Shown piece by piece: positions 25,300-39,471 of a DNA stretch of 64,000 nucleotides (its first letter is position 1; each line of letters starts with the position of its first letter). The stretch covers positions 214,644,001 through 214,708,000 of the forward strand of contig OZ024741.1 of the NCBI GenBank assembly GCA_964016885.1, read 5' to 3'. The DNA comes from Eledone cirrhosa (Eukaryota). Position numbers and translations under genes: made by a program. The notes under the pieces are model-generated. The model saw only the letters and a program-made list of their open reading frames with translations, was not told where the DNA came from and made no database searches.

Positions 25300-25961
25300 A
25301 CGAAGTGGGTGAAACACTGTATTTACAAAGAGGAGGCTAGCCCACTGTGTAGGATCTGTGGAGAGAGAGGAGACTGTGGCTCACATTGTATCCGAGTGTA
25401 AACACCTAGCCCAGACTCACTATAAAGGCTGGAGACATGATGTAATTGGCAGGGTGATCCACTGGCACCTATGCAAAGTAAATAGTTTACCACACTCTGA
25501 GAAGTGGTATGAGCATAAGCCAGAGCCGGTGATAGAAAATGATCAGGTGAAGGTGCTATGGGATTTTAGGATACAGACGGACAAGAAATTAGAACACAAT
25601 AGGCCTGACATGCTGGTTCTGGACAAGGAAAGAAGATCGTGCCTGACTGTAGATGTAGCCTGCCCATTTGACACGAGAGTGCGAGAAAAGGAGAGGGAGA
25701 AAATTAACCGATACCAGGACTTAAAGTGGGAGGTGTAAAGGATTTGGAACTGCCATGATGTCAAGGTCGTCCCGATTGTCATAGGCGCACTAGGTACTAT
25801 CTCAAAGAGTTTCCAAGGAAAGAAGATTAGTCCAGCCTCACTTTTTGGAACACTAAAAAAGGCATGATTGCTGGGAATAGCAAGAACACTCCGATACGTC
25901 CTGAATGTCTGAGGCTGCAGGTAGTGGCTTGATATTCATTTCAACAAACTTTCCAGTTAAA
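25300..25961 (+). mobile_element. R4/Dong-like family A2, 5'-truncated decayed copy
   Basis: ORF 25358-25738 covers the knuckle and RLE. A2-type 3' UTR. Confidence 0.9.
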
Positions 25962-26044
25962 TAACAACAATAATAATAACGACAACAAAAACAACAATAA
26001 AAATATATATACACACACACACATAAACACATCTGCACACACAC

Positions 26045-29000
26045 GATAGCAATTAACAGCGCTGCGATCGAATGTGGCTTTTTAGCCCAGCCAATGATCT
26101 AAAATGTCTTGCACAGAGTTTACAACCAAAACATTCACCTGGAATAGACGGCTGTGGTTGGAGTTCATGTACTTTTGCATGTCGTTTGAGCCCTCCTGCT
26201 GATTTACATTCTCTACCACATGCTTGGCAAGCATGATGAGTAGCATCTCCAACAGGAGCCTGGTAGTCAACCACTGGTTTCACATTATGCCTGCGAAGAT
26301 GACTTTCGAGTCCAGCTTTGCTTAGGCACAGATGCTGCATGTCAGCGCCATAGGAGGACCTTCGCCGTCTGGAAATGCAACAGTAAAGCCCTTCCTCACA
26401 TCCCGCTTTACTTTCTCGTATGCGATTCGAGATGCCTCAAAGACAACTTTCCCCTCATATACAGTCTTTCTCCATTTATTACGATCATCAGCAACATTTT
26501 CCCATGTATCAGCAGAGATGTTAGCGTCTTTCAAAGCGGCTTTCAAGGAATCCTTATACCTCTTTTTTGGTTTATGTGGAGGTCGTTTTCCTTTAACTAA
26601 CTCTCCATAAAAGAGTTGTTTTGGTATTCTAGAATCCTTCATCCTGGCAAGGTGACCACTCCAACGGAGTCTTTGCTTGAGCACAAGAGCTTCTATACTG
26701 TCACACAGAGAGCTTTCCAACGTCTCGACATCACTAATGTGGTCCCTCCAGTGAACGCCATGGATCCGTCTGAGACATCTGATCGAAACGCTCCTATTGC
26801 TTAAGGTGGTGTCTATATGTGACCTAGGTCTCGTAGGAATAAAGAAGAGAAGAGAACACACATGCCTTGTACACCTTTACCTTTATCTTCTTGTATATGT
26901 CTCGCCGACCCCAGAGTCGCCTTTCTAGCTTTCCGAAATCATCACTTGCTTTCCTAATCCTGAGTGGGATTTCATTATGAAGGTTGTTGTATCGATTGAC
27001 AGTGCTTCCCAAGTCGTTTACCATACACATAGATATTTGGTTCACTGTACTGCCTACCAGGGGCAGGTTGGTACATGACGACGGTTTTCTTGAGACTGAC
27101 AGTCAATCCTAGGGCAGTGCAAGCATCAGAAAATGCATTCAAAATGTGCTGCATATCACACTCTGTGTGCGCTACAAGATCGCAATCATCTGCATACAAG
27201 AGGTCTCTTATGATTGATGTAAATACTTTTGTTTTTGCAGCAAAGCGCCTGATGTTAAATATGCTGCCTGAGGTTCGATATTGGATGTAAACACCATGCT
27301 CGCAATTCCTGAATGCAATATAGAAAACCATTGCAATGTATATGGCAAACAGGGTCGGTGCTGGAATATCCCCCTGTTTCACTCCATTTTTTACTGAGAT
27401 AGGCTCCGACATGTTACCTCCGATATTAACCCAAGCCTTCATGTCGTCATGGAAAGACCTAACCAAAGCAAGGAACTTATCAGGGCAACCAAGTTTCTGG
27501 AGAACTTTCCATAATGCATTTCTGTTAACAGTATCGAAAGCTTTAGTCAGATCGACAAAAACATGATACAGATCCAAATCTTGTTCCATGCACTTCTCCT
27601 GGAGCTGTATAGCTGAGAAGATCATATTAGTTGTGCCGCGTCCAGAACGAAAACCAGATTGACCTTCAGGAAGAACACAATCTGCAATGTGTGTCAGCAG
27701 ACAGTCCAGAAGCACCGTACATAAAACTTTCCCTACGACAGAAAGCAATGATATACCTCTGTAGTTCCCACAATCATTCCTGTTACCCTTTCCCTTGTAC
27801 AAGACCACCATTACTGCATCTCTCCAGTCCTCAGGTACGGATTCATTAGCCCATATCCTGCCAAACAAAGAGTGATGATGTTGCAGAAGTCTCTCACCAC
27901 CATATTGTAGGAGCTCTGCATGTGCCATCCATACCTGAAGACCTTCCACTGTTCCCCTTCGAGATAGCCACTGCAATCTCCGCAAGCATTGGAGGTTCTG
28001 CGAGAGCTATTTCACAGAACTTTCTGGAATGAGATTGAGGAAATCTTCATTGACGACAGACGGCTGATTCAAAAGCTCATGAAAGTGCTCTTCCCACCTT
28101 CGTAGAATTCCTTGTGAGTCACGAAGAAGTTCTTTGCCATCCTTGCTGCAAAGCGGTGTCACCAGACAAGAAGACGGTCCATAAACTTCACGCAAGAGAC
28201 TGTACAACAGCTTTGTGTTATTGGAATCTGACGTAGTTTGTATCTCATGAGCCTTCTCACTCCACCACTGATTCTTCATTTGAAAAAGACTCTCCCTAAC
28301 ACGTGATTTCACATCCTTGAGTTCCCTATGCAACATATTCTTCTCCTGTGATTTTGCCGTCAAGTAGCGTGACAGAGCACGCCTCTTATCAGCCAACAAG
28401 TCTTCTATATGTTCATCATTCTCATTAAACCAGTCTTGATGTTTTCTCTGCACCATCCCAGAACACGCCTGCTTAGATCATAAACCTAATTTTTAAGGGT
28501 CGGCCAATCCTCACCAAGATCTGAAACCTGCATCTATTCTCGCAATGTCCTCTTCACATTTTTATCCCTAAGACGAGCGGCATTCAATCTTCTGGGTAGG
28601 GTAACTCCAGGAGCCCGAATTTTACGTTTAGTGATTAGTTTCACTTTTGCATGTACCAGGTGGTGGTCGTCCAGCACTCAGCTCCCCGAAGACCACGAAC
28701 ACACTGCACATCCCGTCTGTCAAGGACCCTCACAAGGACGTAGTCCAAAAGATGCCATTCCTTAGATGCAGGATGCATCCATGTAGTCTTAAATATGTTC
28801 TTTTGTTGGCACATGGTTTTGGTAACACAGATCCATCTCCTCACACATCTGCAGCAAGAGCATACCATTGTTGTTACACTTTCCCACCCCATGCCTTCCG
28901 ATTACATTCCATGTGTTAAAATCCCTACCCACTCTAGCATTAAAGTCACCAAGCACGATGACTTTGTCTGCCTGAGGCATATTTCTTAAAACACCTTTCA

Positions 29001-29860
29001 AGGCATGGTAAAAGGACACTTTTTCTTCATCGACAGAATTCATAGTTGGAGCATACACACTTATCAGGGTCGCATATCTTTCTTTGTCCAGCGGAATTCT
29101 CATGGACATAAGACGCTCACTAATCCCTACTGGGAATTCTTCTAATTTATTCACAAGAACAGTCTTAACAGCAAATCCTACTACAGCCTCTCTTCTGTTT
29201 CCTTCATCTCTTCCTTTCCAGAAGAATGTATATTCTCCACAAAATTCTGTAAGATGACCATCTCCAGCTAACCTCGTCTCAGATAAATGATGTGTAGATC
29301 GTAACGCCGAAGCTTCTTTGCAACAAGAGCGGTCCATCGTTCAGGACGTTCCAAGGAATTCCTGTCAAGCAGCGTCCGTACGTTCCAGCAGCCAAGACTA
29401 AATGCCTTGTTTGGCTCTATTACAGTGGCACGATGATGAGCGGACCCAAGCTGGGATAACCTGGGGCCCCTGCCCTTATTGCCAATTATCTCTTTTATAT
29501 TGTTTTGGAACATCATTGAATCGGGAAAAAAGTAATAATAATAGTAACAACAACAATAATAATAATAATACACTATTAATGATTATTAATTAATGCAATC
29601 GTGCAATGCCTGTGCGCGAAGAATATTTTTAAAGTGAGGAAAGACTGTGCACTGAGCGACAGTAGCTATAACCCGAAAAGAAGAAAAGATCAACATCATC
29701 TGTAACTACTGAGCCGCAGGTTTTATGTCGCAGTTAACCCAGTTTCCTGAGAGGCCTTCTCCTAGAAGAATGCCCTGACAAGTGCAAGGGGTCCTTCACT
29801 CCCAGTGGTTTAACCGCGCGATCGGGTATCCAGCCCGAATATTTCTATGTCACCGCGCTT
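26045..29860 (-). mobile_element. RTE-clade non-LTR retrotransposon, near full length, decayed
   Basis: LGCWNVRTLLD..RPERWTALVA, LSETR, GDFNARVG (APE). NYRGISLLS, FVDLTKAFD, GVKQG, LLYADD (RT). RLRWSGHL..PKQLFYGEL. Lies in (CA)-rich flanks. Confidence 0.9.
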
Positions 29861-30109
29861 AAAAAAAAAAATTAAAATTAAAATTTAAAAAAAACACTTA
29901 TTGACATAGACACACGCACACACACAAACACTCATGCGTACAAACAAACACACACACGCTACTCACTTACACACACACACACACATATATATATATTGCC
30001 GTCATTACTGATACAAGATTGTATCAACTGTTGACTTTCGAAAGAGTTCGTATAGTTGAAACCGTTCGTATTACTGTTCAGTATTATTATAATTGCTTTA
30101 CAGCATAGA

Positions 30110-30250
30110 GCTATGGCCCTCCACGCTCCGAGCTCAAATCCAGCCGAAGTCAACCTCGCCTTACATCCCCACGGAGTCAACAAAAGAAAGCACCAGTAAT
30201 GCGCTGGGACAATCGCTGGCTCCGTGCCAAAAGCAGAAAAATTATTATTA
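30110..30250 (+). mobile_element. Degenerate SINE family 1
   Basis: GAGCTCAAATCCAGCCGAAGTCAACCTCGCCTTACATCCC...CCGTGCCAAAAGCAGAAAAATTATT. Confidence 0.6.
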
Positions 30251-30281
30251 TTAAAGTTATTGTTTTCTTAAGGCCCGATCG

Positions 30282-30339
30282 CTGGTGATGGTGTGGTGGC
30301 GGTGGATGATGGTGGTGATGGTGGTGATGGTGGTGGCAG

Positions 30340-30403
<64 letters not shown>

Positions 30404-30660
30404 GTGTGTGTGTGTGTTTTAATCGTTTGATGCCGCAGTTTTTGTTGTAAATGAAATGAACAACATTTACATACATACATAAGTACATACGTACATTAAT
30501 ACATACATACATACATACATACATACATACATACATACATACATACATACGTACGTACATACGTACATACGTACATACGTACATACATACATACATACAT
30601 ACGTACGTACATACGTACATACGTACATACGTACATACATATATTCGTACATACATACAG
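30282..30660. repeat. (GGT)n, (GTT)n, (TG)n and (TACA/TACG)n microsatellites
   Basis: Direct inspection. Confidence 0.95.
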
Positions 30661-30739
30661 GCATCCTTCAAGGTGATAGCTTATCAGTTCTGCTTTTCGT
30701 CCTCTCACTAAACCCACTATCATACCTGCTCACAAAACA

Positions 30740-31240
30740 AATTGGTCATAGAAGTGTGTCCAGAAGTATCTCCCATCTTTTCTTTGTTGATGACCTGAAG
30801 TTGTATGGGCCAAATACCAATTATATCAAAATATATTTAGATCTCATTACACAATTTTCTGCAGACATCAGAATGAAATTTAGTGAGTCCAAACGTGCAT
30901 ATTTGACAATAAAACGAGGAAGCGTTGTGCCCTCCACTGCAAATCTAGAGATAAACGGCTTGACAATGCAACCTCTACAGTCAGATGACACCTACAGATA
31001 TTTTGGACAGGATGAGAATGTCAGATATGATGGACCCATAAACAAGGAGAGAACCAGAACTGAATACCACAGGAGAGTAAAGTAAATATGTTCATCAGAA
31101 CTATCAACATACAACAAATACATTGCCCACAACGCTTATGCTGTGCCAATCCTAACACCAACATTAGGCCTGATGAACTGATCATTGTAAGAACTAAGTG
31201 AGATGGATGTAAGAACTCGCAAGCTTCTCAGTGTTACTGG
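30740..31240 (+). pseudogene. Decayed RT fragment of a third R4/Dong-like family
   Basis: ISHLFFVDDLKLY..DIRMKF..TYRYFG..EYHRRVK, colinear with families A and B. Confidence 0.75.
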
Positions 31241-31899
31241 AATAAATATAAATAAATAAATCATAAACTTATGTTTAACGACCTGCAAACGAAACAGTAA
31301 AAAATTCAATATATTTTGATATTCTATTGTAATCTCTTCGAGATCTGTAATGGTGTCCCAACGTGGGATATCTTCACTGCTGGATAAATATAAATACCAA
31401 TTTATATCTATCCCATAAACAACTATTCATAATTATTACATCTACCAATACTGCTTCAAGCTCAGCATGAAGCTATGACAAGAAACGGGAAAACAATATT
31501 TCAACTCTGAATGTAATTTCTATGAGCATATGGGGGAATCTTTAGATAAAACCACCTTCAATGATACAACCAACTGCTGAGAGGGAGTTTCATTGTAATA
31601 TATGTATCTTATATAGTTCAATATTTCTCCTCTCATTTTGAATAACATATAATTCTAGATGAACCACTGAATACTATATTTTCATATTGTGATCAATGCA
31701 ACACAATTGCAAGAAAAGAAAATGACTGCAAATATTTGTGTTATTTCTGTGTATATGCGATTTATAAAGTGTATATGGAAAGAGCTGAACTTGATAACTT
31801 TCCAGTTCCAGTATTTCTGAACGCCATGTTTTATTGATTTATATATATATATATAACTGCGTGTATTCTATAGAGATATATGTTGAGTACATTAAAATA

Positions 31900-33049
<1,150 letters not shown>

Positions 33050-33373
33050 GTATGTCACATTCGAATACGAAAACAGATAAAGGGAGGTGAAGAAATTTTT
33101 ATAGCTCAAAATATGAGAATTATTACAGTAAACTACATTAATTTTGTAATTTTTTTTTCATATCAGACTGTTATAAAACGTAACTATGTGTCCTAATAAA
33201 TGGCCGTTCGTTTAAATGCCTACGGAAAAACTGGTAACACTGCTCGTGTTGAGGACTACGAGTATTTTCAATGATGACGCTGCTCATTTTCAAATGTAAA
33301 CAATTTTACTGGTACGGTGTAATTTTATTCAAAATATTTTATTGGGGTGGTAATGTTGGTTTTATGTTTTATA

Positions 33374-33463
33374 AATCCTGATGAATCCAATTATTGGATT
33401 ATGTAATTAATTAACTGATAATTGAATATATATCTTGTAAGATGGACGAAACGTCCGTTGATT
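33374..33463 (+). ncRNA. Type-I hammerhead-like motif with a long loop II
   Basis: AATC-CTGATGA-A-TCCA...TGGA-C-GAAAC-GTCC-GTT-GATT. Confidence 0.6.
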
Positions 33464-33505
33464 AGAATATGATTTAATCACAGTATTTGGTCTTATTTTC
33501 AATGT

Positions 33506-33539
<34 letters not shown>

Positions 33540-33540
<1 letters not shown>

Positions 33541-33767
33541 TAGAAATGTAAGCTATCGCCGTATTATGACTAAAGAAATAAAAGAAATTATTTAGCCTAA
33601 TAGTGGGGTTAAGAACCCTCGGAGAAATGGAAAAAGATGAGTATTGACGTACATGGGAGTCAATACTTATCTTTTTCCATTTCTCCGAGGGTTCTTAACC
33701 CCACTATTAGGCTAAATAATTTCTTTACTTTCTTTAGTCAAAATACGGCGATAGCTTACATTTCTAA
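33540..33767. repeat. Near-perfect fold-back: 109-bp arms, 10-nt loop, between (TA)n tracts
   Basis: 33540-33648 is the reverse complement of 33659-33767 with few mismatches. Confidence 0.92.
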
Positions 33768-33804
33768 TAATTTCAAACCCACTCGCTGTTTCGAAAATAT
33801 TCTT

Positions 33805-33868
<64 letters not shown>

Positions 33869-33870
33869 CT

Positions 33871-34085
33871 AACGATCGACTTTCGTCAAATCGGACCGAG
33901 GAAACAGTGTTTCCATTGGTCTTTCCAATTGCAAATACTATCTATCGGTCGCAACTCCAGGTAGAAGGAGCAACGTGAAATAAAGTGTCTTGCTCAAGGA
34001 CATAACACATCGCCCGGTCCAGGAATCAAACTCACAAACTCACGATTGCGAATCCAGTTCTCTAACCACTCAGCCACACGCCTTC
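33871..34085 (-). mobile_element. SINE family 2
   Basis: Colinear with 2731-2940. Confidence 0.82.
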
Positions 34086-34134
34086 ATATATATATATAAA
34101 CGAAAGGAGTTGTGTGGTTACTAAAAACAAGGTT

Positions 34135-34398
34135 TAGGATGGTGTTTTGGACGGAACAGGTGGAGAAAAGAAGAAAGAAGAAGAATCCTTCATCATCTGT
34201 AAAACCGCGATCCAGATGTTTCGGCACTTATTTACAGGACATCTGTAGCGATCGGCGATGCACCCGAGGCCTTTTCTTAATCAAAAGGTCAGGAGTCCTG
34301 TAAATAAGCGCCGAAACATCTGGATCGCAGGTTTACAGCTGACGAAGGATTCTTTCTTCTTTCTTTTCTCCTCTTGATCCGTCCAAACCACCATCCTA
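34135..34398. repeat. Fold-back with ~105-bp arms and a 54-nt spacer, between (TA)n tracts
   Basis: 34135-34240 versus 34295-34398. Contains CCGAAAC and CTGACGAAGG half-motifs. Confidence 0.88.
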
Positions 34399-34973
34399 TA
34401 TATATATATATATTATATATAGAGAGAGTTATAAACTCAAAATAGTCTTTTACAATTAAATAGCTCAAAGAAGGGAATATTTCTGAGCCGTGTAATACAA
34501 ATGAATATATGAGAGGGACGAACACTGATACAAGTATACATGTGTTCTCAATGCAAATGACCAAGTTAGCTAGGTTGAAAAATACTAATTTAAAATAATA
34601 TGGTTTGCCTGTCTCGATTTAAAATAATAAATCAATAAAAATAACAAATCTATATTGGCAATGGCCGTGTCGGATAAATTTTAAAGATTTGTTTCGCATT
34701 TGTTTCCTGTGCTCTTCTGCGGGTACCCAGAAATTGGTAAATTTCACTTCAAAATACTTAAGAAGACTGAAAGAAATGTGTTGTTGAACGTACATGTGTC
34801 ATAGCGCCTAACTCGTCCCATACCCGTGCCGCTAAAAATAGCAGTCGGTTTTATGGGACTAAAATTAGCTCTACGTATGGAGCCGAGAATATTATATATA
34901 GACAGTTATAAACTCCAAAAATATATATATATATAAATATATATATATAAATATATATGCATATATATATTAT

Positions 34974-35044
<71 letters not shown>

Positions 35045-35281
35045 TGTATATATATATATTTAAAAAAAATTAGAGGTGTGACACACGAGTTGTGATATAT
35101 TAGTAAAAAGGAAAAGAAAATGCTGACAAATTTTTCCCAGTGAAAAATAGTTTAATTAGGAATAAGTATAAATTAGTAATAAGTATTGGTTAGTATTCAA
35201 TTTTAGTTTTAAGTTTTTACCGGTTGCGCATTTCTAATGCTTTTCAAAAATAATTTTGAGATAGAGCGCTCGTGATGTGTG

Positions 35282-35326
<45 letters not shown>

Positions 35327-36285
35327 CATACACTCACATACATTTGTCAACAACTAAAACAACATCTTTGCGAAAACGAAAAAAAAAAAAATCTGTCCTC
35401 ATGTGCAGCCGTATATGCACGTGTGTATGCCGTGGTACGTGTGTGCTCCTCTGTGGTTACATAGATAGCAGCATTTGTGCTGAAGTTAACCACAATTGCT
35501 AGTGTCCTTTTGGATGTTTTTTACGCAATTAGCCATCCATTGTTTGTAGGTTAGTCGTCATTAGAGATGGTCCGTTCCTCATCTAATCTCAGCCGTTATT
35601 AAAAACTCATCTGTCTCCTTTGCTACGCCAGGAAGGCGATTAGCCTGCTGCCTTTTCCAAGAAGGCTGCCGTCAACCATGCTATCCTTTTACCGTCTTTA
35701 AAAATATATGGACGATTTGGGTCTAGGGAGATGTATGTCAGTAGTTGGATTGAGAAAAAAAAGAGTTTTGTATGTATGTATGTATGTATGTATGTATGTA
35801 TGTATGTATGTATGTATGTATGTATGTATGTATGAGGCTATGTACACACGCACACACATACACACACACATATATATTTATTTACACAGAAACACACATA
35901 TATATTTATTTACACAGAAACACACACACACACACATATATATATGTATGTATTTACAGAGAGAGAGAGAAAGAAAAAATATGGGTAGCGACCACATCAC
36001 AAATGACGAAGTAGAAATAGAAAAAATAATAATGAGGCATAATATAATATAATATAATGTTTCTTTATAATATAATATGATATAATACAATATAATATAA
36101 TATATCCCATGTCTTGATCTAAAACAGGCGTCTACGAGTCAGTTAATAGCTATTATCATTGGATCTGTTATTTAGCATTCTCTATGGTTTGCTGGCGAGA
36201 TAGAATATTGTTCATTGTGGTGTCTTTATTAAGACTGTTAGACTCACTACTACTCCCTCAATTCAATGGCTGCCATATTTTGTGT

Positions 36286-36420
36286 AAGGTAGTGAAGTGG
36301 CAGAGATGTTAGGGCGTCGTATTAAATGCTTTTAGCATTTGTTTTGGCTCACTGGATTCTCATTTCAAATCCAGCCAAGGTCGACTTTACCTTACATTTT
36401 ATCCACGTCGATAATTATGT
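36286..36420 (+). mobile_element. Degenerate SINE family 1
   Basis: GTGGCAGAGATGTTAG..TTCAAATCCAGCCAAGGTCGACTTTACCTTACAT. Confidence 0.5.
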
Positions 36421-36941
36421 AAATTATTAGTGCAGATGTGACAGTTGAGTCTAACTTAATCTCTCTTTATCACTTTCTCTCGCTCTTTTTCCTTTTGTGG
36501 AAGAAATCGGCTGTTTTCAAACCTGTAGGCAGGTGGGTACCGCCAGGTTTAAAATGACCAAGACACGCTCTATATTAGGACGGCGACCCTAGGACCCCAT
36601 TATGAGAAATAGGCCCTTTTTATCTTTTCAGATTATCTGTATTGACTGTATAAAAATGGCGTATCAATGTGAAATAGACGAACAGCCAATCGGACGGACT
36701 GACAGACAAATCATGTCAAATATCTAACATAAGCTTTATACATACATATATACATACATACATACATATATACATACATACATACATACATACATCAGTC
36801 AACGTGATCAGTCGCATATTTTGGCGTGGGAGACTATTTATTAAATTTAAGATGAATACTATCTCCGACAGTAATGTCACAACTACAGCCAGGTTGAATA
36901 ACTGGTTATTCTTCTATCTATCCCTTCAGTGTGTAACATAT

Positions 36942-37085
36942 GGTGCATGACTTAGTGGTTAGAGCATTGGGCTTGCAATCGAAAGCTTGTGAGTTCAATT
37001 CTCGGACCGGGTGATGTGTTGTTTCCTTGAGCAAGACACTTTATTTTACATTGCTCCAGTTTAATCAGCTGTAGAAATGAGATGA
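36942..37085 (+). mobile_element. SINE family 2
   Basis: TGACTTAGTGGTTAGAG, GAGTTCAATTCTC, TTCCTTGAGCAAGACACTTTATTTTACATTGCTCCAG. Confidence 0.78.
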
Positions 37086-38085
37086 TAGGACTGGGGTGCC
37101 TATCATTAAATCACCCAAGACACCTCCAACCAAATATACCTGGGAGGGGACCAGCTAAACCTGCAAAGGTGTGAGCTGTAACAACAACAACAACATCATA
37201 TGGTGCGGTAAATTATCTATCTGTATGGCTGACTGTCTGAATTTCAAGACACATTCTCTGGAAGTTGTGAATCAAGCATAAGTGTATTCATACAAGAGAC
37301 AACATACATCACCATAAATGAGTTAGAATCACTTTATTTTATTTTGACTCCCCTGGTTAAGGCCGCAACCGCGTTCTCATCGCGACTCAAACCGATTCTC
37401 AAAAACGAAAAAAAAAAGAAAAAAAAAAGACAGGACTATTATGTATTTGATGATAATATAACTAAGTCTCACGTTATTAAGTTGGTGTTTGGAACATAAC
37501 TTAACACAAATTCTAATGTAAAAGTATGATGGGATGTATTTAGATTTCTACAAACACTTCAACCTTTTCGTTATAATAATTATAATGAACGACACTGCCT
37601 CTGATTTTCAAATCATTTTGAAAATAATCAATTTGGACGAATTTAGTGATATAACTAACTTTAAACTGGTGTCTGTAACATAACAAAGTTTCTATAATTA
37701 TGATGGATAGTTTTTGAATAAATATAAACATTTTAGAACAAATAGCTTTCTTTTGTAGAATGAGGGATAATTTCAAGAGGCTTGGTATTAAAAAACGTTC
37801 CGTTGTTGTTTGGAAAATAACTTAACAAAGGCTCTAAAATAAAATTATGATAGATGGCTTTTAAATAAATATAAAGACGTTAAAATAATCAATTTTCTAT
37901 AATGGAACCAAGGTCAGTTTGGTATCAAAAGGGTTAAGCTCGTACTTGGAACATAAATTAACAAAGGTTCTAACAGAAAGTTATGATGGAAGGTTTTTAG
38001 ATAAATACAAAAACACATTCAAACAAAGACTTTTTTTATCATAACCATTGCAGTTTGCAATGAAAAGTGTTAACATGCTGTTGCT

Positions 38086-38130
<45 letters not shown>

Positions 38131-38420
38131 AAGTATGTCCATAGAATCATTTGATAAAATATATACATCATTTCTTCTCCCAATCAGCATAATCAACCAC
38201 ACAAAAAAACAATTAAACCAGGCTATAAGATTAAAAGACACCTATGAAGAAATAATAGATAAATAAACGACAGCTATTTATGTGCGATCAACAACTATAG
38301 AATATTTATCAAGTATTTCTAATAGCACGTGGAAATCAATTAAATATATCGTCAACCATACACAATTAGGTATAAAATCAAAGTTAGAAGAAAAAATGTA
38401 TATAAACATACCAAAGTTAC

Positions 38421-38502
38421 GTTTCTACACCATGGGGTTTCATTCGCTATTGGAAATATCCGATCAAGGATAAATTCACGAGCTTCGAAATCATCAGGAA
38501 AC
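38421..38502 (-). ncRNA. Canonical-core type-I hammerhead-like motif
   Basis: GTTTC-CTGATGA-T-TTCG...CGAA-T-GAAAC-CCCATGGT-GTA-GAAAC. 5-bp stem I, near-palindromic ACCCCATGGTGT stem III, GUA triplet. Confidence 0.65.
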
Positions 38503-38682
38503 AAACTCACTTGGATGAGGATTTTTCTTAAATGATCCCCGCCAGAAACGAATTCAAAATGGCTAAGAACTGTGACGTGGCAGTGGTCAAGTCAGAAAGA
38601 ATGTGATTGGTGCCTTACGGCGAGTGGGCTGGTTGCTAGAAAGCGCAGCCTAATATTGCCTAAATTGCATCTCAATAAAATG

Positions 38683-38789
38683 ACAGATTAAAGTTTAAGC
38701 AAAGAATCGCTGCTTTCACAATTAACGAGATCTTCAGAAGATCCCGTTAAGGGTGAAAGCAGCGATTCTTTGCTTAAAGTTTAACCTGT
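38683..38789. repeat. ~107-bp near-perfect palindrome with a 1-nt centre
   Basis: TTTAAGCAAAGAATCGCTGCTTTCAC..GATCTTC-A-GAAGATC..GTGAAAGCAGCGATTCTTTGCTTAAA. Confidence 0.9.
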
Positions 38790-38907
38790 TATTTTAATAA
38801 ATATTTGCTCTATAGTTTTATATATTGTTATATATATATTATCCTTATCGAGGCCTCTTCGGATTTTTGTCTTCATATATATTATTATTACAGTATATAT
38901 ATATATA

Positions 38908-39122
38908 TATGGTGTGGTATGATATGGTGCGGTGTGGTGTGACGTGGTATAGTGTGGGGTGGTGTGGTATAGTGGTGTGGTGTAGTGTGGTGTGGTGTGG
39001 TGTGGTATGGTGTGGTGAGTTGTGGTGTGGTATGGTATGATATGGTGTGGTGTGGTGTGGTGTGACGTGGTATATTGTGGTGTGGTGTGGTATGGTGGTG
39101 TGGTGTAGTGTGGTGTGGTGTG
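38908..39122. repeat. (TGGTG)n pentanucleotide repeat
   Basis: Direct inspection. Confidence 0.9.
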
Positions 39123-39471
39123 TACGGCTATTATTAACTCTAGTAGGTGGGCGTTCACCGCCTTCTGTTAGTTGTCTATTGTTCGATGATTTCTTTTTCG
39201 TTGGCTGTCGTGTTAGAGCCGACTGTTATTTGATTGAGGGCTGGGAAAACACGGGAGACCGAATAGAAGCAACAATACAATATAAAAAAAAACACAACCA
39301 CCCTAAACAAAGAATGAAATCAGTGAAGCAAACCGATTTCTTTTGAAAGGGGTCGTGTAGGATAGGGCATGGGTCTGTCCAGAGCCGACTGTTATTTGAG
39401 TGAGGGCTGGGAAAACACGGGAGACCGAATAGAAGCAACAATACAATATGAAAATAATACAGTATGAAAAT

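Noticed and set aside
29690-29860. Possible HDV-like ribozyme in the RTE 5' UTR
   Set aside because: Such ribozymes are known in RTE leaders and the region is GC-rich, but I could not build the nested double pseudoknot by eye. It needs a descriptor search.
34295-34350. Permuted hammerhead (CCGAAAC ... CTGACGAAGG)
   Set aside because: No stem I can form between the half-motifs, so it is kept only as part of the fold-back.
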